From positions 36,911,257-36,975,256 of the forward strand of contig NC_068991.1 in NCBI RefSeq assembly GCF_001194135.2: a DNA stretch of 64,000 bases. Reading direction: 5' to 3'. Source of the stretch: Octopus bimaculoides. Its lineage: Eukaryota. The notes below the pieces were generated by a model. That model saw only the letters and a program-made list of their open reading frames with translations, was not told the DNA's origin and did no database searches. How positions within the stretch are numbered: the stretch's first letter is position 1; every line of letters starts with the position of its first letter. Shown piece by piece: positions 12,881-26,393 of this stretch. Position numbers and translations under genes: made by a program.

Positions 12881-13861
12881 TTGTGTTTTTTGTTATTAAG
12901 TTGGTATCAATGCGAATGTTTTTTTCAACCTTGCATATTTCTTAATTCAGTTCTAGTATTAATATATCGATTAGAAGTTCAATAAGGAACGTAACCTGGC
13001 TGTAGATGGTGCTGATGTGCATTTGGCAACATTTTTATTGACAGTTTAGAGTACATTTTCATGGCTTTGTGTGTGCACACGTGCATGTGTGCGTCTGTAT
13101 GAGTGTGCGGAGGGGTGTACGCATGTCTATAAATACGTCTTAAATTACACGTGAAGAATGTTTATGACAAGCAAAACAGCAGACGTATTATTGATTTCAT
13201 AGAGGCACCAACTTCCTCATGCAGCAGATTTATAGACAAATGTAAATAGGATTGAGATACAGTATCTATGTCTCTCCCAAGGACACTAATTATATCAATG
13301 GTGCTAACTGGTTTCAATTTAGGATCGAAACCGGTTCACGGAATTAGTTCATTGAAGATTTCTTTATACTTCAGAGAAGTTGTTATCTTAAACATGCCAA
13401 GAAACATTGTTTCTTATTCTGTGACAAGAAGAGTTATAGAAGAGAAGTAATATGGGAATTTATGGCGTTCATACATTCTTAGTCGTTTTTATATTATGGC
13501 AGAAATTATGATAAAGTATTGCACTTCTTTTTTTTAAATAAACGCCCTACAACGGCAGAAATGATAGATTGCCGGATAAAACGCTTTAGTTTCATCTTCC
13601 AGAGTTCTCGTGGCTTTCATTACTTTTCTCACGATATTGTACAAAGAATTTCTCTAGAGCGATCCATTTGACTCAATTTGTTTTCCCTTTACAAACTTTG
13701 GGTACTTTGCCAATATGAGAAATCCTAGTGTGAAGTATTAATGATTTCTAACATTGGCACTAGGGGAAACATTTTAAGGCTAGCTATAGACGATTAAATT
13801 GAGCCCAATCATTGACTAGTACTTTATTTTATCAATCTCAGATGGATGAAACGCAAAGTTG

Positions 13862-13902
<41 letters not shown>

Positions 13903-16749
13903 GAATAAAATATGTGAAGCTATACAAAGCAATAATGGTGGATATACTGTATAAATTGTAAAGAATGTACTAAACGTTTTGTTGATTCACTTTAGTGTTT
14001 CCATAATTATGTTTTGTTACATACCGACACTGAATAAGTTGAAAAGATGTTACATTACTTGCGCAAGATTTAAATTAATGTTTTGGCAACCATGTTCTCT
14101 CATGTAGTTACACGGAACGACCTAGAAGTTTTGTTGCATCACCTGGATAAATTGTAATCTAGTTGTTTTTGGTAAGCATGTTCACTTATGTAGCTATACC
14201 GGACGACCTGGACAATTTGTTGGACTACCTGGGTACAATTTAATTTGTTTGGGTAAATATGTTCTTCTGTAGTTTCACACTGACTGAGGAAGGATTTTTA
14301 AACACCTGTGAAAATATTGACTTGTAATATAAGTTGTATCGCAAAGCCAAAGATTTATTAAGGAATACCACGGGATGTTGTACAGTTCATGCCTTTCTCC
14401 AGAGAATTAGAAGTTTGATTAAACTGGAATTATTACAAAATGGAATACGAAGTCAGGGTGTACATCTCACCAGGAACCGAATTTTACACAGAGATGTCAA
14501 TGTGAAGATATATTAAATATCGATTTGTAAATAGGCATATCAATGTTTATTTCTAGAAAGCAAATGTTGCTACCGAGACATCCATACCTTTCTATAGCGC
14601 ATCGGTAACGAGACTGATATAAAATGGCTGTATGCATCAAGTGAAAGCAGGTCACGAACTCAGGTCTGCAGGAGCAAAGCTCTCACATGGTCGATTGCCT
14701 TACACCTGTGAAAATATTACTCAGGTACCCAGGAGCTATGATTATATATTTAATACTTTAATAGTTTTATGAAGCTACAGGGTGTCTAAAAATGTTTTCG
14801 TTATGCTTTGGAAGTATCGCTGCAGTAATTGTAAACTAGTTTTCTCTTATAACTTGTCTAATCGTCAGCGTACTTATTGATATCAGTTTGCCTAATAAAT
14901 CCCAGTGGTGCAAATTTTAAGATGAAAGTATCAGCGAAATTGTATTATATCTCCCGTAGACAGATAGCAGACAAGAAGATAGACAGACAGACAAACTGGC
15001 ACGCACACGCTTGTGCACATACACACACACACACACATGCATGCATACATACATACATACATACATACATACATACATACATACATCAGGAGGTCAAACA
15101 TTTGAAAAAGTTTAACATAGTGTCTTATATCAACAAAATTGTTGAACTTAAACTGAAAGCAAACTGAACTTACATTTTGGTTGAAGCCACTTAGCCACTA
15201 ATTCCTTGAATGCCTCACAATCTCATATCATTTCCAGTATAACATTCCGATAATGAGCCTGATTAAAACAAAATAATAATTAACAATTTATTATCTGCAT
15301 AATTACCGGTCACATGTCGCTAGAAATTAATGTTGCAATGATTTGCTTTATACAAAAAAAAACGTAGGAAGTCAGTGAAGTGGTTGGCAAGATCGATAAA
15401 ACAGTGGATAAAAGCATTGCGAACAGTGGATAAAAGCATTGCGTTCCAATCGCGCCGAAGCGACATTACACTTCTTTATCCTGCGGGGTCGAGAAGACAT
15501 ATACCACAAGAACTGGAGTCCAATAGTTAACTTTATTGCTCTCCTAGAAAGTAGGGACCACCTTATCCTTTCCCAGTATATGGGGGTATACATTAACATC
15601 GCATTAAACTGCCCCAAGAATGGTTCAGAGTGTCAATATTAGAAAGCAATTGCAATAGAAGAGACATCAACATCATCTACAACAACCTCAATAATTTACG
15701 TGCACATACCGCTTCGGGCATAAACATTGAATAACGAAAAGCTATCTTTCAGAAATGTTCTCTCAGACATGTTCAGAAATGTTCTTTCGTATCTCTTGAT
15801 ACGAAACATTTTGCTGAAAGATCAAAAGCTTCAAGGTATTTCGTACACAACGCAGACATTTAGCAATCATAATCAATCGAGGATGAAGGGCAGCAATATG
15901 AGGAAAGTAACATACTTTTTCCTTGAGAAGAATACAAACGGCTTTCTAATTCTGTTCAAGTAAGAGCTGGAGCAGCCCTTATAGATATATCAAACGCAAT
16001 ATTTGAGAAAAAAGAACACAAAGGTTACCATGAAATGGTGATGTCGGTACCTGGTTTAATCGTCACCTTTGTGATACAATAAAGCCAATTTGTCAGGTCA
16101 TTAATCCAGAAAACGTGAGCTTATACATGTCCCCTCTAATACAAAAGCTCCACGGAAAATTTTCGAATCTGAAGCACTCAATAATAAAAGAAAGAAGTAG
16201 CTTGCAGATGTAATCAGGGAAGTGGGTTTCTTTGAACAGCGCAAGAGGAGGTTCCAATTCTTATATAAATATCTTGCTTTAATTATTTTGTTTTATCGTA
16301 TACTTTTATTTAATCCGAGTAAATTTTTGTCATTAATAAATTTTGACATTGTCCCATTATATACTGCACGGTGTCTTTTACCTTTTTCATAACTTACTGT
16401 TCTCACCCAACAAATCTTTGTAATCTCTCTGTTACCATCACCACCACCACTATTACAACCAGTGCCGACCGAAACCACAACAGCAAAATCAACAACAGTA
16501 ACAAAAATAAAAGCCAACATATAAACAAAAACTTAAATTGTCCTCCAAACATGCCAACACATTCTACATCTTCCAGCACAGCACTAGCACAACGAAACAA
16601 GACACAACGTGCATCTCCACCGTCGCCGCCTTCGTTAATGCTACTTGCTGAATGCAAGAAGCAATTACAGTCTCGGTAGATGTATTGAAAACACACAAAA
16701 AAATTCTTAAAATGCACAACCAGAGCATCACATTGAATTCCCCGAGCCC

Positions 16750-18990
16750 ATCCAACAGGAACCAGAATTAAAAATTGTTATATACAAAACTGTAGGAATA
16801 AAAGCTAAGAAAATAGAGCAAGTGACACAAGAAATAGAAAAATACCTCAGACCTATTTTGACGACCAAAATATATGCCTCCAGAAGGAAAATGTCTGGCA
16901 CTTTTGAGATGAGATCTTCAACAGACGAGGAGCACTTCACTACAACATTAAAGCGTACGAAGCTTAGCCGTAGGGTTTTCGGAATAAAAAGAGTTAACAT
17001 GCCACCAGAAATAAATATTTTCTGGTTGGTGGTGGAGGTGCTCTTTGACATAGAGTAGGAAATCAATATTCTTTAGGTCCAGAGCCTGTAGACACAATAT
17101 TAGTTGTGCCAAGGGATGGAGCTACTGACTTCTAACGGAACACCAAAGTATAGAGTCCAAAGTATAGAATCAATCTGTTACACGGTTCACAACAGCATGT
17201 GGCTATTGAGGGCAGAAAGCCGAGATGTCATTATGTGGTGATACAATCCACTTGAAGACATTCTCTTCACAACAAAAGAAGAAAGAATCAACACACTCAT
17301 TTTCACCAACACCACTATCACAGCAGCAACAACACCAAAAGGAAATCAGAAGCACCATCCACAGATGAGCACGACCATAACAATTACAACAATTGCAACA
17401 CCAAAGTTGCAGCAACAGTAACAAAAACAACAAAAGAAACGCTGTCCTTAAGAACTACCACATCACAAACAACAACAACAGAAAATCCCTTTACAAAAAC
17501 AACAGAACAGAAAGACAATGACCTTCAAAATATGCCCATCCCTGCTTGGGACCACTTAGACATGTGGTGTTGTGAAGGAGACAGGAAAGAAGGCAAATGG
17601 GAATATGTAATGAACAAGGAAAAAGGGAATGGGAGAAAAACACGCCAACAGAAGTGCAGGGCGGTTCAAAGAGATAGAACCTCCCAACAAAAGCAAACTA
17701 ACAACATCCCCAACAGCAACACGAACACTAACAACACTATTATCTCCATCGCCATCACCAACATTATATTACAATCATCATCACCACAAACACACTTAAC
17801 AGTACAACCACCAACAAATCTTTTGGCCACAAACCAAAAGCAACCACAGCAAAGACACATCAGAAATTTTACTGCCATAAACACTAATGGAACTCATGTA
17901 CAACCATACAAACATCACGCAGAGCGATTTCATCATACCGACACCCATGAAAAATCGTCCAAAAACCCAAAACATACAACTCAATACAAAATACAAAACA
18001 TAGTCCTATGAATAGGAGACATAAAGAATATCAATAAATATTTATAAGAAACTGCTTGTGGAGACGCTTAAGTTTAACTAGAGATACGTAACATCTGTCC
18101 GCCTCCCTAACAAAATTACTGTAATTAGCTCCTTGTTTCATTATTTCTCGCTGTCTAACATAGCATTGCTCAGAAGTAATGCTCGTGGCCCAGAGTCTCC
18201 TTAGAATGAGGGCTATCTACTCAGAGATCTCAGATTGTTAAATATAGATGTGGTGGCCATCAGTGAGGCTACAGTTTCCGATCCACAAGTCTCCATGCCC
18301 ATTTTCGGTGGATACGAGATTTACTTATCTCCATGTTGACCAGGAGTGGGGTACAGATCTGAAGTTTTTTTTCCAAAAGGTATGGATCGCAAGATACGGA
18401 CCATCTTCTTGAACCCAGAAGTTAAGCTGATGATCCTGTGTAAACAATACAGAAGGGGTTGCTTCGGTAGTATTTGTTTATGCTTTGACAGGTTCGAGAC
18501 AGCCAAATTTCTTCAAATGTTAGGAGGTTTTCCAGGTAAAGTTCCGCTCTTTAATATTAGTGGGTGGCTGTAACACCTTCATGGATGCACTCTTGGATTG
18601 AGTGGGGCTAGCTGATAGGAGAGGGGTGCAAAAGCCTGATAGGTATCGACTTGATTTCTCGAACGTGAGAAACAGTATCGAGTCATCAAGGTTGTATTTA
18701 TATACAATATCCTGTTGACTAGTAGATAAGAATAGCATAGACTCCTCAGATTTTAACATCCTCAGTTACACAGACCACAAATTTGCGATGTAGATCGTAA
18801 ATTTGTGGTCTGTGTATAGGCTTCGTATACAGGAACCCGGGTACTGGATGTTGAACGCGTCATTCCCGGCGCGCCGAGCTTACAGCGACCGGATAAGAGA
18901 ATTAGTTAAGCGAGGAATGACGAGGGCAATTGTCAACAGCAAATGGAAGTTGACCTTAAAAGGGCGCTCACAGTTAGGTTAAGTAAGACT
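16750..18990 (+). mobile_element. Decayed L1/Tx1-type LINE: ORF1 (zinc knuckle) and 5' part of ORF2 (APE endonuclease)
   Basis: ORF1: NMPPEINIFWLV and EGRKPRCHYCGDTIHLK. ORF2: NARG..LLRDLRLLNIDVVAISE, GGCNTFMDALLD (GDWN-like), DRYRLD, YTDHKF (SDH motif) and PGYWMLNAS..RIRELVKR. Many stops and frameshifts. Confidence 0.8.
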
Positions 18991-19144
18991 GTAGTGATAA
19001 AAAAAATAGAACAGAGAGAAAGTTAGAAACTTAGAGGAAGCGCTTTACACGCCTGCATATAACTCCATCAGATCATTCATGTTTTGTAGTGTTTCGTCTT
19101 GTATCATCCTTGATTTCTTTCTAAACTGTTAATGGTTAATAAAG

Positions 19145-19400
19145 ACATTTTCTTCTTCTTCTTCTTCTTCTCCTCCTCCTCCTCTTCCTCCTCCTTCTTC
19201 TTCTTCTTCTTCTTCTTCTCCTCCTCCTCCTCCTCCTTCTTCTTCTTCTTCTTCTTCTCCTCCTCCTCCTCCTCCTCCTCCTCCTCCTCCTTCTTCTTCT
19301 TCTTCTTCTTCTTCTTCTTCTTCTTCTTCTTCTTCTTCTTCTTCTTCTTCTTCTTCTTCTTCTTCTTCTTCTTCTTCTTCTTCTTCTTCTTCTTCTTCTA
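19145..19400. repeat. Interspersed (CTT)n/(CCT)n trinucleotide array
   Basis: Directly visible. It explains the poly-E, poly-R and poly-F/S ORFs. Confidence 0.97.
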
Positions 19401-19699
19401 TATCGTTTTTCTGCTTTTTGCAGCACTTCACTCTTTAATTTTACTTTACAACCTTTATTGAACACTTTTGTTCCTTCGAATTTCGTTTTTAGGTTATATA
19501 AAAAATAAACGGAGAAAAATTACAATGAAAAGACCAATTTATAAACAACTAAAGTTAGATAAGCAAAAGCGCGAACTTGAACGAGATAACAGAAGTTCTA
19601 GAAGCAACTGCGACTCATATCATTGCTAGTGTTGCCAGCCAAAAGGAAATACATGGACATGGATCGACTGTAGATAAAAGAAGAACCGTGGAAGAGGTG

Positions 19700-20330
19700 G
19701 GTCACAAAAGAACATATTTCGTTGCCTGAGGAATTCATCAATAAATTGGCGAAGAATGTGACGTAACTATTTTTCAAAAAGGGTGTGTCTTAGATATCTC
19801 AAATGGGGATGTAGTGGAAATTCAAACTGACGTACGGTAGGTCGTGTAATCCATCATCCTGGAAAACCTGCATGGAAGCATGTACATCATCTTCAAAACC
19901 GAAGATAAAGTGAGCAGATAAGTGGGGCTAATGAGCCTGATACCTATCCACAAACTGGATAGGTAGAGAGAACAAGGGTGAGAGAAATATAAGGGTGACA
20001 GCTCAAGATATTGGTAGTGACATTGACTCTTCGTTTATTGTTATCTCTGTGATACAGTATAGATGGATGTCGTACAGTGGCTCCCAATATGAAGTGGTCG
20101 GCGGATGGGTATATGGACATCAATGTTCCGATTATCCCTAACACCATAAGGCTATCCCAGAACTGTTTACCTTTGAGGAAATAGAATTAGAGTTAATCAG
20201 ACTAATGTGGTAAAACAGAAGATCCAGTTACTGTATGCCAAGTAGCAAAAGTCACTCGAAGCATTGTATCCAGCGGTGGAAATAAAGGTAAATGGTGAAC
20301 GGCAACGGTAGACAGCAGCAGATGCAGCAA
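19700..20330 (+). mobile_element. Probable second decayed LINE ORF1 (Tx1-like)
   Basis: The fragments RNIRVTAQDIGSDIDSSFIVISVIQY, IPELFTFEEIELELI and NRRSSYC..KSH..C parallel the ORF1 layout at 16.8-17.3 kb. Confidence 0.4.
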
Positions 20331-21366
20331 CAACAACAAACGCAGCATGCGGACTCTGAGACGAAGACGATGGTCATTGTGGCTGCCACTGTTTCGGTCG
20401 CTGCTTTACAGATGGCTACAGCAAAGAGTAATGGAATTGTCACAAAATCAGTGTTTTCAGAAAGAGAAGCCCACGAAATAGGGCACTGAGAAGCCGTTAT
20501 GTCGCTTTCTTTAGGATAATACTAACCAGAAGCTCTAAACAGAAGTTGGGTGAGATTATAGACTGGAGAAAGGAATGGAACCGTCAAGGATTGTAGGGGA
20601 CAATAAGAAGACAGAAAATAATAAAAAGGAGTCTAGACTTAAATCAAAAAGCCGGCTGGAAATCCCACTCAAAGAGACTTCCTCTTCCCTGGAATGCATG
20701 AATTTCAATGTTAACCGAAAGAAGAGTAATAGCTTAGGGAAACCGCTGAAAGACTGAGAAAAAGAAATGGTTTGTTGCATGAGGAAGAAATAAAGAATAT
20801 CAATGAGCTCAAATGACACTGCTTATGAAAACTATACTAATAATTTGTATATCCTTCTATGATTTGGGATATTTTATACTTTGGATAATTATAATATATA
20901 TCTAAATTCGGGAGGCCCAGATTGCAGCTAGTATGGAAAGTGCTAGAACTCATAACGTACCGAGTTCTTCATCAGGGGCGGCTTCTCACGACTTGTGTCC
21001 TTACGAGTTTTTCTAAAGTTTGAACCTGTTTAATATACAACGTTATGTTTCTGTCGCAGTCTCCGCTTATTGTATATCTTCACATGTTTTGTAACACTTT
21101 TCATCAATGTTTTTTTTTTATTTTATGTTTGGACACTTACAGCCAATAAAAGCAATAATAATTATTATGATGGTGGTCCATGGAAGAATCGGTAGAACCG
21201 TCGACAAAATGTTATGTGGTGTTAAATTATGCTTCTTTACATTCTGACTTCATAACCTAGCAATGCCAACATTGCCTTTCATCTTTCTAGGATCGATAAT
21301 GCTGGCATAGACCTAATTGATCAGATCGAACATAAAATATATGACTTCGTGCTAATGTTAGAAAAC

Positions 21367-21397
<31 letters not shown>

Positions 21398-21585
21398 GCA
21401 ATACCCGACTATGTGTGAGTTTTGCTTGTTTAGTTTTTGTAATGTCTCTCATTCGCTGTCCTTATGACAAATAAAGAAACAAGTCTAAGTAGACTTTGGG
21501 TCAACAAAATAAGACAATAAAATACTCGATCGATTTCATTATCAATTCCCTGCCTCATAATGTACATTATTATCAAACATTATCT

Positions 21586-21618
<33 letters not shown>

Positions 21619-21689
21619 TGTTGTTGTTGTTGCCGTGGTGGTGGTGGTGGTGGTGGTGGTGGTGGTGGTGGTATTACTTTTGTATTTTA

Positions 21690-22430
21690 GCACCAGGTCA
21701 GCCCTGATCGAGATCTACTATGGTTATTCCAGCCATGACTGTCCTGTTGTTTTCAGACAATATTTTAAGACGTAGGGAGAGAGAAATCGATGGAGATTTG
21801 GTTGCTATTTCTAGCAGGTCATGTACTGACTTTCCGACTCACTTGTACGCATCAGTGTTATTATTATTATTATTATTATTGTTCTTTAGGCGGCGAGCTT
21901 GCAGGTTCGTAAGCACGCCGGGCGAAATACTTAGCGGCGTTTCGTCCGTCTTCATGTTCTCAGTTCAAATTCCACCAAGGTCGACTTTGCCTTTCATCCT
22001 TCGGGGTCGATAAAATAAGTACCAGTTGAATACTGGGGTCGATATAATCGACTTATCCCCCTCTCCCTAATTCCAGGCCTTGTGCTTATAGTAGAAAGGA
22101 TTATTATTTTTATTGGTGTTGTTGCTGCTGCTATGCTCTTGTTCTTATTCTATTTTTTCCTATCTTTGTTGTTCTCCTTTGTCGTCATCATCGTTGTTGC
22201 TATTGTCAGATTCCTTTGTACATGTTTTTAATCCTGGTGCTGAACCCTAGGTCAGCCCGAATCAAACAGCTCTAGGACTTATGTTGTTCCAACACTGACC
22301 GTCCTGCCTTTTGGTATGTCAGAGACTATAACCATTGTCCATTGCATCTTCCTTTATTTATAACGGTGGTGTGTGATTTGAGTGTTATTTGGCTTCTACT
22401 TCTACCAGGTCGAACGGTCGTTTAGAAACT
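21690..22430 (+). mobile_element. Two copies of an unclassified interspersed repeat (21690-21835, 22235-22430) flanking a SINE
   Basis: Shared ccaggtcagccc(t)gatc...ttccagccatgac...gatttgg(c/t)tgctatttctagcaggtc motif, with a related piece at about 44960-45100. Confidence 0.5.
21888..22105 (+). mobile_element. tRNA-derived SINE, family A, full length
   Basis: aggcggcgagcttgcaggttcgtaagcacgccgggcgaaat...cagttcaaattcc...core...ggccttgtgcttatagtagaaaggattattatt (ATT tail). Confidence 0.9.
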
Positions 22431-23049
22431 TCCGAGCTGACTTGTTGCTAATCTTCTTACCGTTACCGTTGTTGTTATTGTTATTGTCAGCTGGGAATAT
22501 CAAATAAAGCAAAGGAAAAACAAAACATTAAAAAAAAGGAACGCAATAAACACGCAAAACAAAACAAAAAGCTATGGAAAAATACACAAAAGCCAGAAAG
22601 GACTAAAAGCAAATACAGAACGTACAGATGACAAAAACAAACTATATTTCACGTTAAGAATATAATAAAAAAAGGTCGTGTGGGGACGAAAGATGAAACG
22701 AAAACTACAATGTAACTTCAATTTATGTATTTATTTATTTTCGGTAAATGTAGAAGTGATGTGTCTAAGGCAGAGGGAGGGTGTCACAGAGATTAATTAA
22801 CCCGACCATTATTCTATTATTTTTAGTTTCTTTTAACCTACAGCTGTAGATCAAATTTAACAGATTCGAAATAGTTAGCAACAAAGAATTACAATTTGAT
22901 GTATGTTTTTAAACATTTATTTGTATCATTTGCGTTTCGTTTATATATNNNNNNNNNNNNNNNNNNNNNNNNNNNNNNNNNNNNNNNNNNNNNNNNNNNN
23001 NNNNNNNNNNNNNNNNNNNNNNNNNNNNNNNNNNNNNNNNNNNNNNNNN

Positions 23050-23160
<111 letters not shown>

Positions 23161-23867
23161 ATGTGTATGAATGAATATAGACAGATAGATAGATAGATAG
23201 ATAGATAGATGTTGTATTTATTTATTTATTAAAAAACAATGTTGTTTTTTCGTTTTTTATATATGCAATTATGTGTGTATATTTTATAAGCTTGAGAGCG
23301 TATGCGTGTGTATGTGTGTCTGTATGTTTTATACTTTCTCATTTGAGTGTGCATATATGCTTTGTGTGTATGAATTTGTATATATGTGTATGAGACATGT
23401 TTCCACTTTGTTTTATCTTTTTATCTTTTCGACAGTTTTCGTGAATCAGTTTTATTCGTATTTCTTTACGCTTTTTTTTCTTATATTTATATTTGCTTTG
23501 CCTCGTATTTTTTGCTTTATTTATTTAAATATTTTTTTCCTCGTGTTTCGATTTTTATTATTTTTTGCAAGATTCAGAATTTTTTTTATTTCTTTCATCT
23601 AGTAATTTTTTCTGCGTGTGTGTGTGCCCGCGCGCGTGTGCATGTGTATGTAGGTGTGTGTGTGCGCGCGTGCGTGCGCACTGCGCGTTCTTTCATGTTA
23701 TTTTTTTCTCGCATTTTTATTTTATATTATTTTTCCAATTTTCCTTGTTCTGTTCTTTTAGGGATTTTTTTGGTAAGAAGACGTTTTTATGAAGAGCAGG
23801 AAGACTTCTTTTTAAGAAAAAGTGTCTCTATATTTTATATTGATGTAATTTTATTATTATTTTTATT

Positions 23868-23878
23868 ATTATTATTAA

Positions 23879-23952
<74 letters not shown>
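23868..23952. repeat. (ATT)n microsatellite
   Basis: Directly visible. Confidence 0.95.
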
Positions 23953-23954
<2 letters not shown>

Positions 23955-24284
23955 TAGTCTTATTTTTATTACGCGCTTTCATTGCACTACCGAGCGCAGC
24001 TCTGTGTCTTGAGTATGTGCTGTGGTTTGTTGTGGTGCTTTTATTTTCATTGTATTGAAAGTGTTTTAAGTAGGATGTGTGCGGTGCCAAGTAGTACTAT
24101 TTTCTGTATGTTATATACACTTGTAAGTCCTGTTGTTTTTGTTATGTATTTGTCTGAATGTTTTTTTTTTTATCATACCTAATGCGCCTACTATAACAGG
24201 AATTGTTTCTGTTTTAGGCTCCGTATTCGTGGTACCTCTATTCCAGATCTTTGAACTTTGAAAGTTTCTCCGTTTGTTTTTGAA

Positions 24285-25766
24285 GGTGCTAGGACAATTC
24301 GTCCCCGGTTATTTCGTCGTCGATTTGTCTGTCCCCCGTCTTTGATCAATTCATCCCAGATCAATTCATCACTGGGCAATTCGTCCCAAAATGCTCTTAA
24401 ATTTGATTTTCGAAGGAAAATTTAGAACAATCACTTTAAAATTAGAATTGCGTTGGACAGTTTTAGATATTCCCCCTTTTTTAACCCCCTCTCCCCCTCT
24501 CTCCCTCTCTCTGTCTTTCTCAAGTATCTGCACTGAGCAGTTAACGAACAATGGTTTTCAAGCAAATCGAATTAAATTTTTTCAATACGCCTACTCATCA
24601 ACATGATTACCTGTAAGAACATAACCTCATAGAAAGACAATTATATATACACACAAAATAAGCAGAATACAGGTGGATTGAAGATATACTGGAGGTGGGA
24701 AAATTGTGTGTGCAAGGCGAGACTTCATACAGATGAAAATTATAAAGATCTTAAAAAGAGTGGGATCCATAATCACGCTTCAACTGTTGCAGAGGTAAAC
24801 GCAAAGATAATAGTTTCGATTTCCTCTCGTGATCCACTCGCTCAGTTATCGCTAGTGAAGTTCATAATTTAAACGACTGTACATTGTCGCAAATACCTCC
24901 GTCTGCACAGCTTAATAGGAATATTAGACGTCTGAGGCAAGCTGATTCCAACTATCCTGCCACCCAACTTACAAATGTTGGATTTTCCATTGCAAGTGAA
25001 TACTCCTACCTTGACATTGATGAAATGTTTTTACAGTATGACAGCAAGATGAAAGATTCAAAATGAATACTAATATTTGCAAGGGACAGACTTCGACAGT
25101 TAAAACAGCACAAGAACTGGGTGGCAGATGGAACATTTAAGTGCTGCTCTAGTTTACTTTTCAGTTATATATACTTCACAATCAAAATAATTTTAATGCC
25201 CCACGATTGTTTGCATTGCAGAATGAGGAACCTGATAATATAATTATGGATTTCGAAAAAGCAGCCCATAATGGATTTCTGGAATTGTTTCCTGGGTTGA
25301 ATTTGGCATGCTGCTTGTTTCATTTAAGACAAAATGCGTACAGGCATGTTGTGGACTAAAATATAAATATCTTAAAGATGACAGTTTTAGTTTTAAAATG
25401 CGGTGTTTTGTTGTCCTTGCCTTCCTGCCGGTTGATGATGTTGTAGATGGATATGAACAACTTGTAGATGATGATGATATTCCACAGTCAATTGTATCTT
25501 ATTTTGAAAATAATTATATAGGACTACCTAGAAGAAGACAGAGGAGACGACGTCTTGAACCTCCATTTTCATTACCTATTTTAAGAAAAAATAAATATGT
25601 AATAATGCAAACCTTAAAATAAACGTTTTTTAATTCAGATATTTGTTCTTCCATTTTCCCTATGATCTCGACGAATTGACTGACGACGAATTGACTGACG
25701 ACGAATTGATCTGGGGATAAATTAAACGACGACAAATTATTGCCGTCGACGAATTGACTGGACACC
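24285..25766 (+). mobile_element. Mutator-like (MULE) DNA transposon with FLYWCH and DDE remnants and imperfect TIRs of about 100 bp
   Basis: The left end ggtgctaggacaattcgtcc matches the reverse complement of the right end ggtgtccagtcaattcgtcg, with subterminal caattcgtc repeats. Protein remnants: KIYWRWENCVCKARLHTD..GIHNH (FLYWCH), FLQYDS..ILIF..WVADGTFK, CLFHLRQ and LAFLPVDDV..YFENNYIG. Confidence 0.85.
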
Positions 25767-25829
25767 CTTTTAGAGAAACGTTGTCAGCTGTTTGTATTGA
25801 TACACCGATTAGAAAGCATTTTTTTCTTA

Positions 25830-26240
25830 GTTATCTCTGGCAACTATACCCAGCCTATAAACCTTCATTTCTCTGTCTGTGTTGGCATATCCTAGAGTAT
25901 GGCTGCTCTCGTTTTCAGTGACCTTTTCTGGGGTGTGCGTATACCATCTTTTTTTTCAGTTGTTATCCCATAGTATTTGCATAGCTTTCAGTGTATATAG
26001 ATCCCAGTTCTGTCATGTCAGTGAATATATTCCTTCTTAGCCAGGACTGGGCAACCAGAGACAATATGATTTATTGTATCTTCTCCATCACCACATATTC
26101 TGCAGTTACTTGTATTTTCTTTTCCGTGTAGTTTTTGGGGATTTCTGGTTGGAAGGCTTTGATCTTGTGCTGCAATTAAAAATCCTTCAGTCTCTGCTTT
26201 GACTCCTGAGCTTCTCGGCTATTGTTGGGATATTGTTTTG
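25830..26240 (-). mobile_element. R4/Dong-type RLE LINE fragment (zinc-finger region)
   Basis: Minus-strand translation SSGVKAETEGFLIAAQDQSLPTRN..CRICGDGEDTINHIVSGCPVLAKKEYIH*HDR..KLCKYYGI..WYTHTPEKVTENE, with in-frame stops. Confidence 0.88.
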
Positions 26241-26309
26241 TTTATTACTTTTCTGTTTAGTTTAATCCAATATTTGCCACATAGGGGCTTTTATTGCCAT
26301 CGTTTTATT

Positions 26310-26361
<52 letters not shown>

Positions 26362-26393
26362 CTATTATAGTTATTATTATTAAAATATATATA

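Noticed and set aside
13300-13342. gaaACCGGTt palindrome resembling a minimal hammerhead stem III
   Set aside because: The upstream core (ctaactg) and stem II are too degraded to support a call.
15401-15443. 22-bp tandem duplication acagtggataaaagcattgcg; similar short duplications at about 15750 and 41480
   Set aside because: These are two-unit local duplications with no unique spacers, so not a CRISPR array or a functional array.
20955-20990. Minus-strand CTGATGA-a-gaactc..gagttc hairpin
   Set aside because: It is followed by tagcac instead of GAAAC, and there is no stem I.
22851-22901. Possible 51-nt phase-0 exon IKFNRFEIVSNKELQFD between ctgtag and gtatgt
   Set aside because: A stronger AG lies 6 nt upstream and closes all frames, and there is no corroborating exon.
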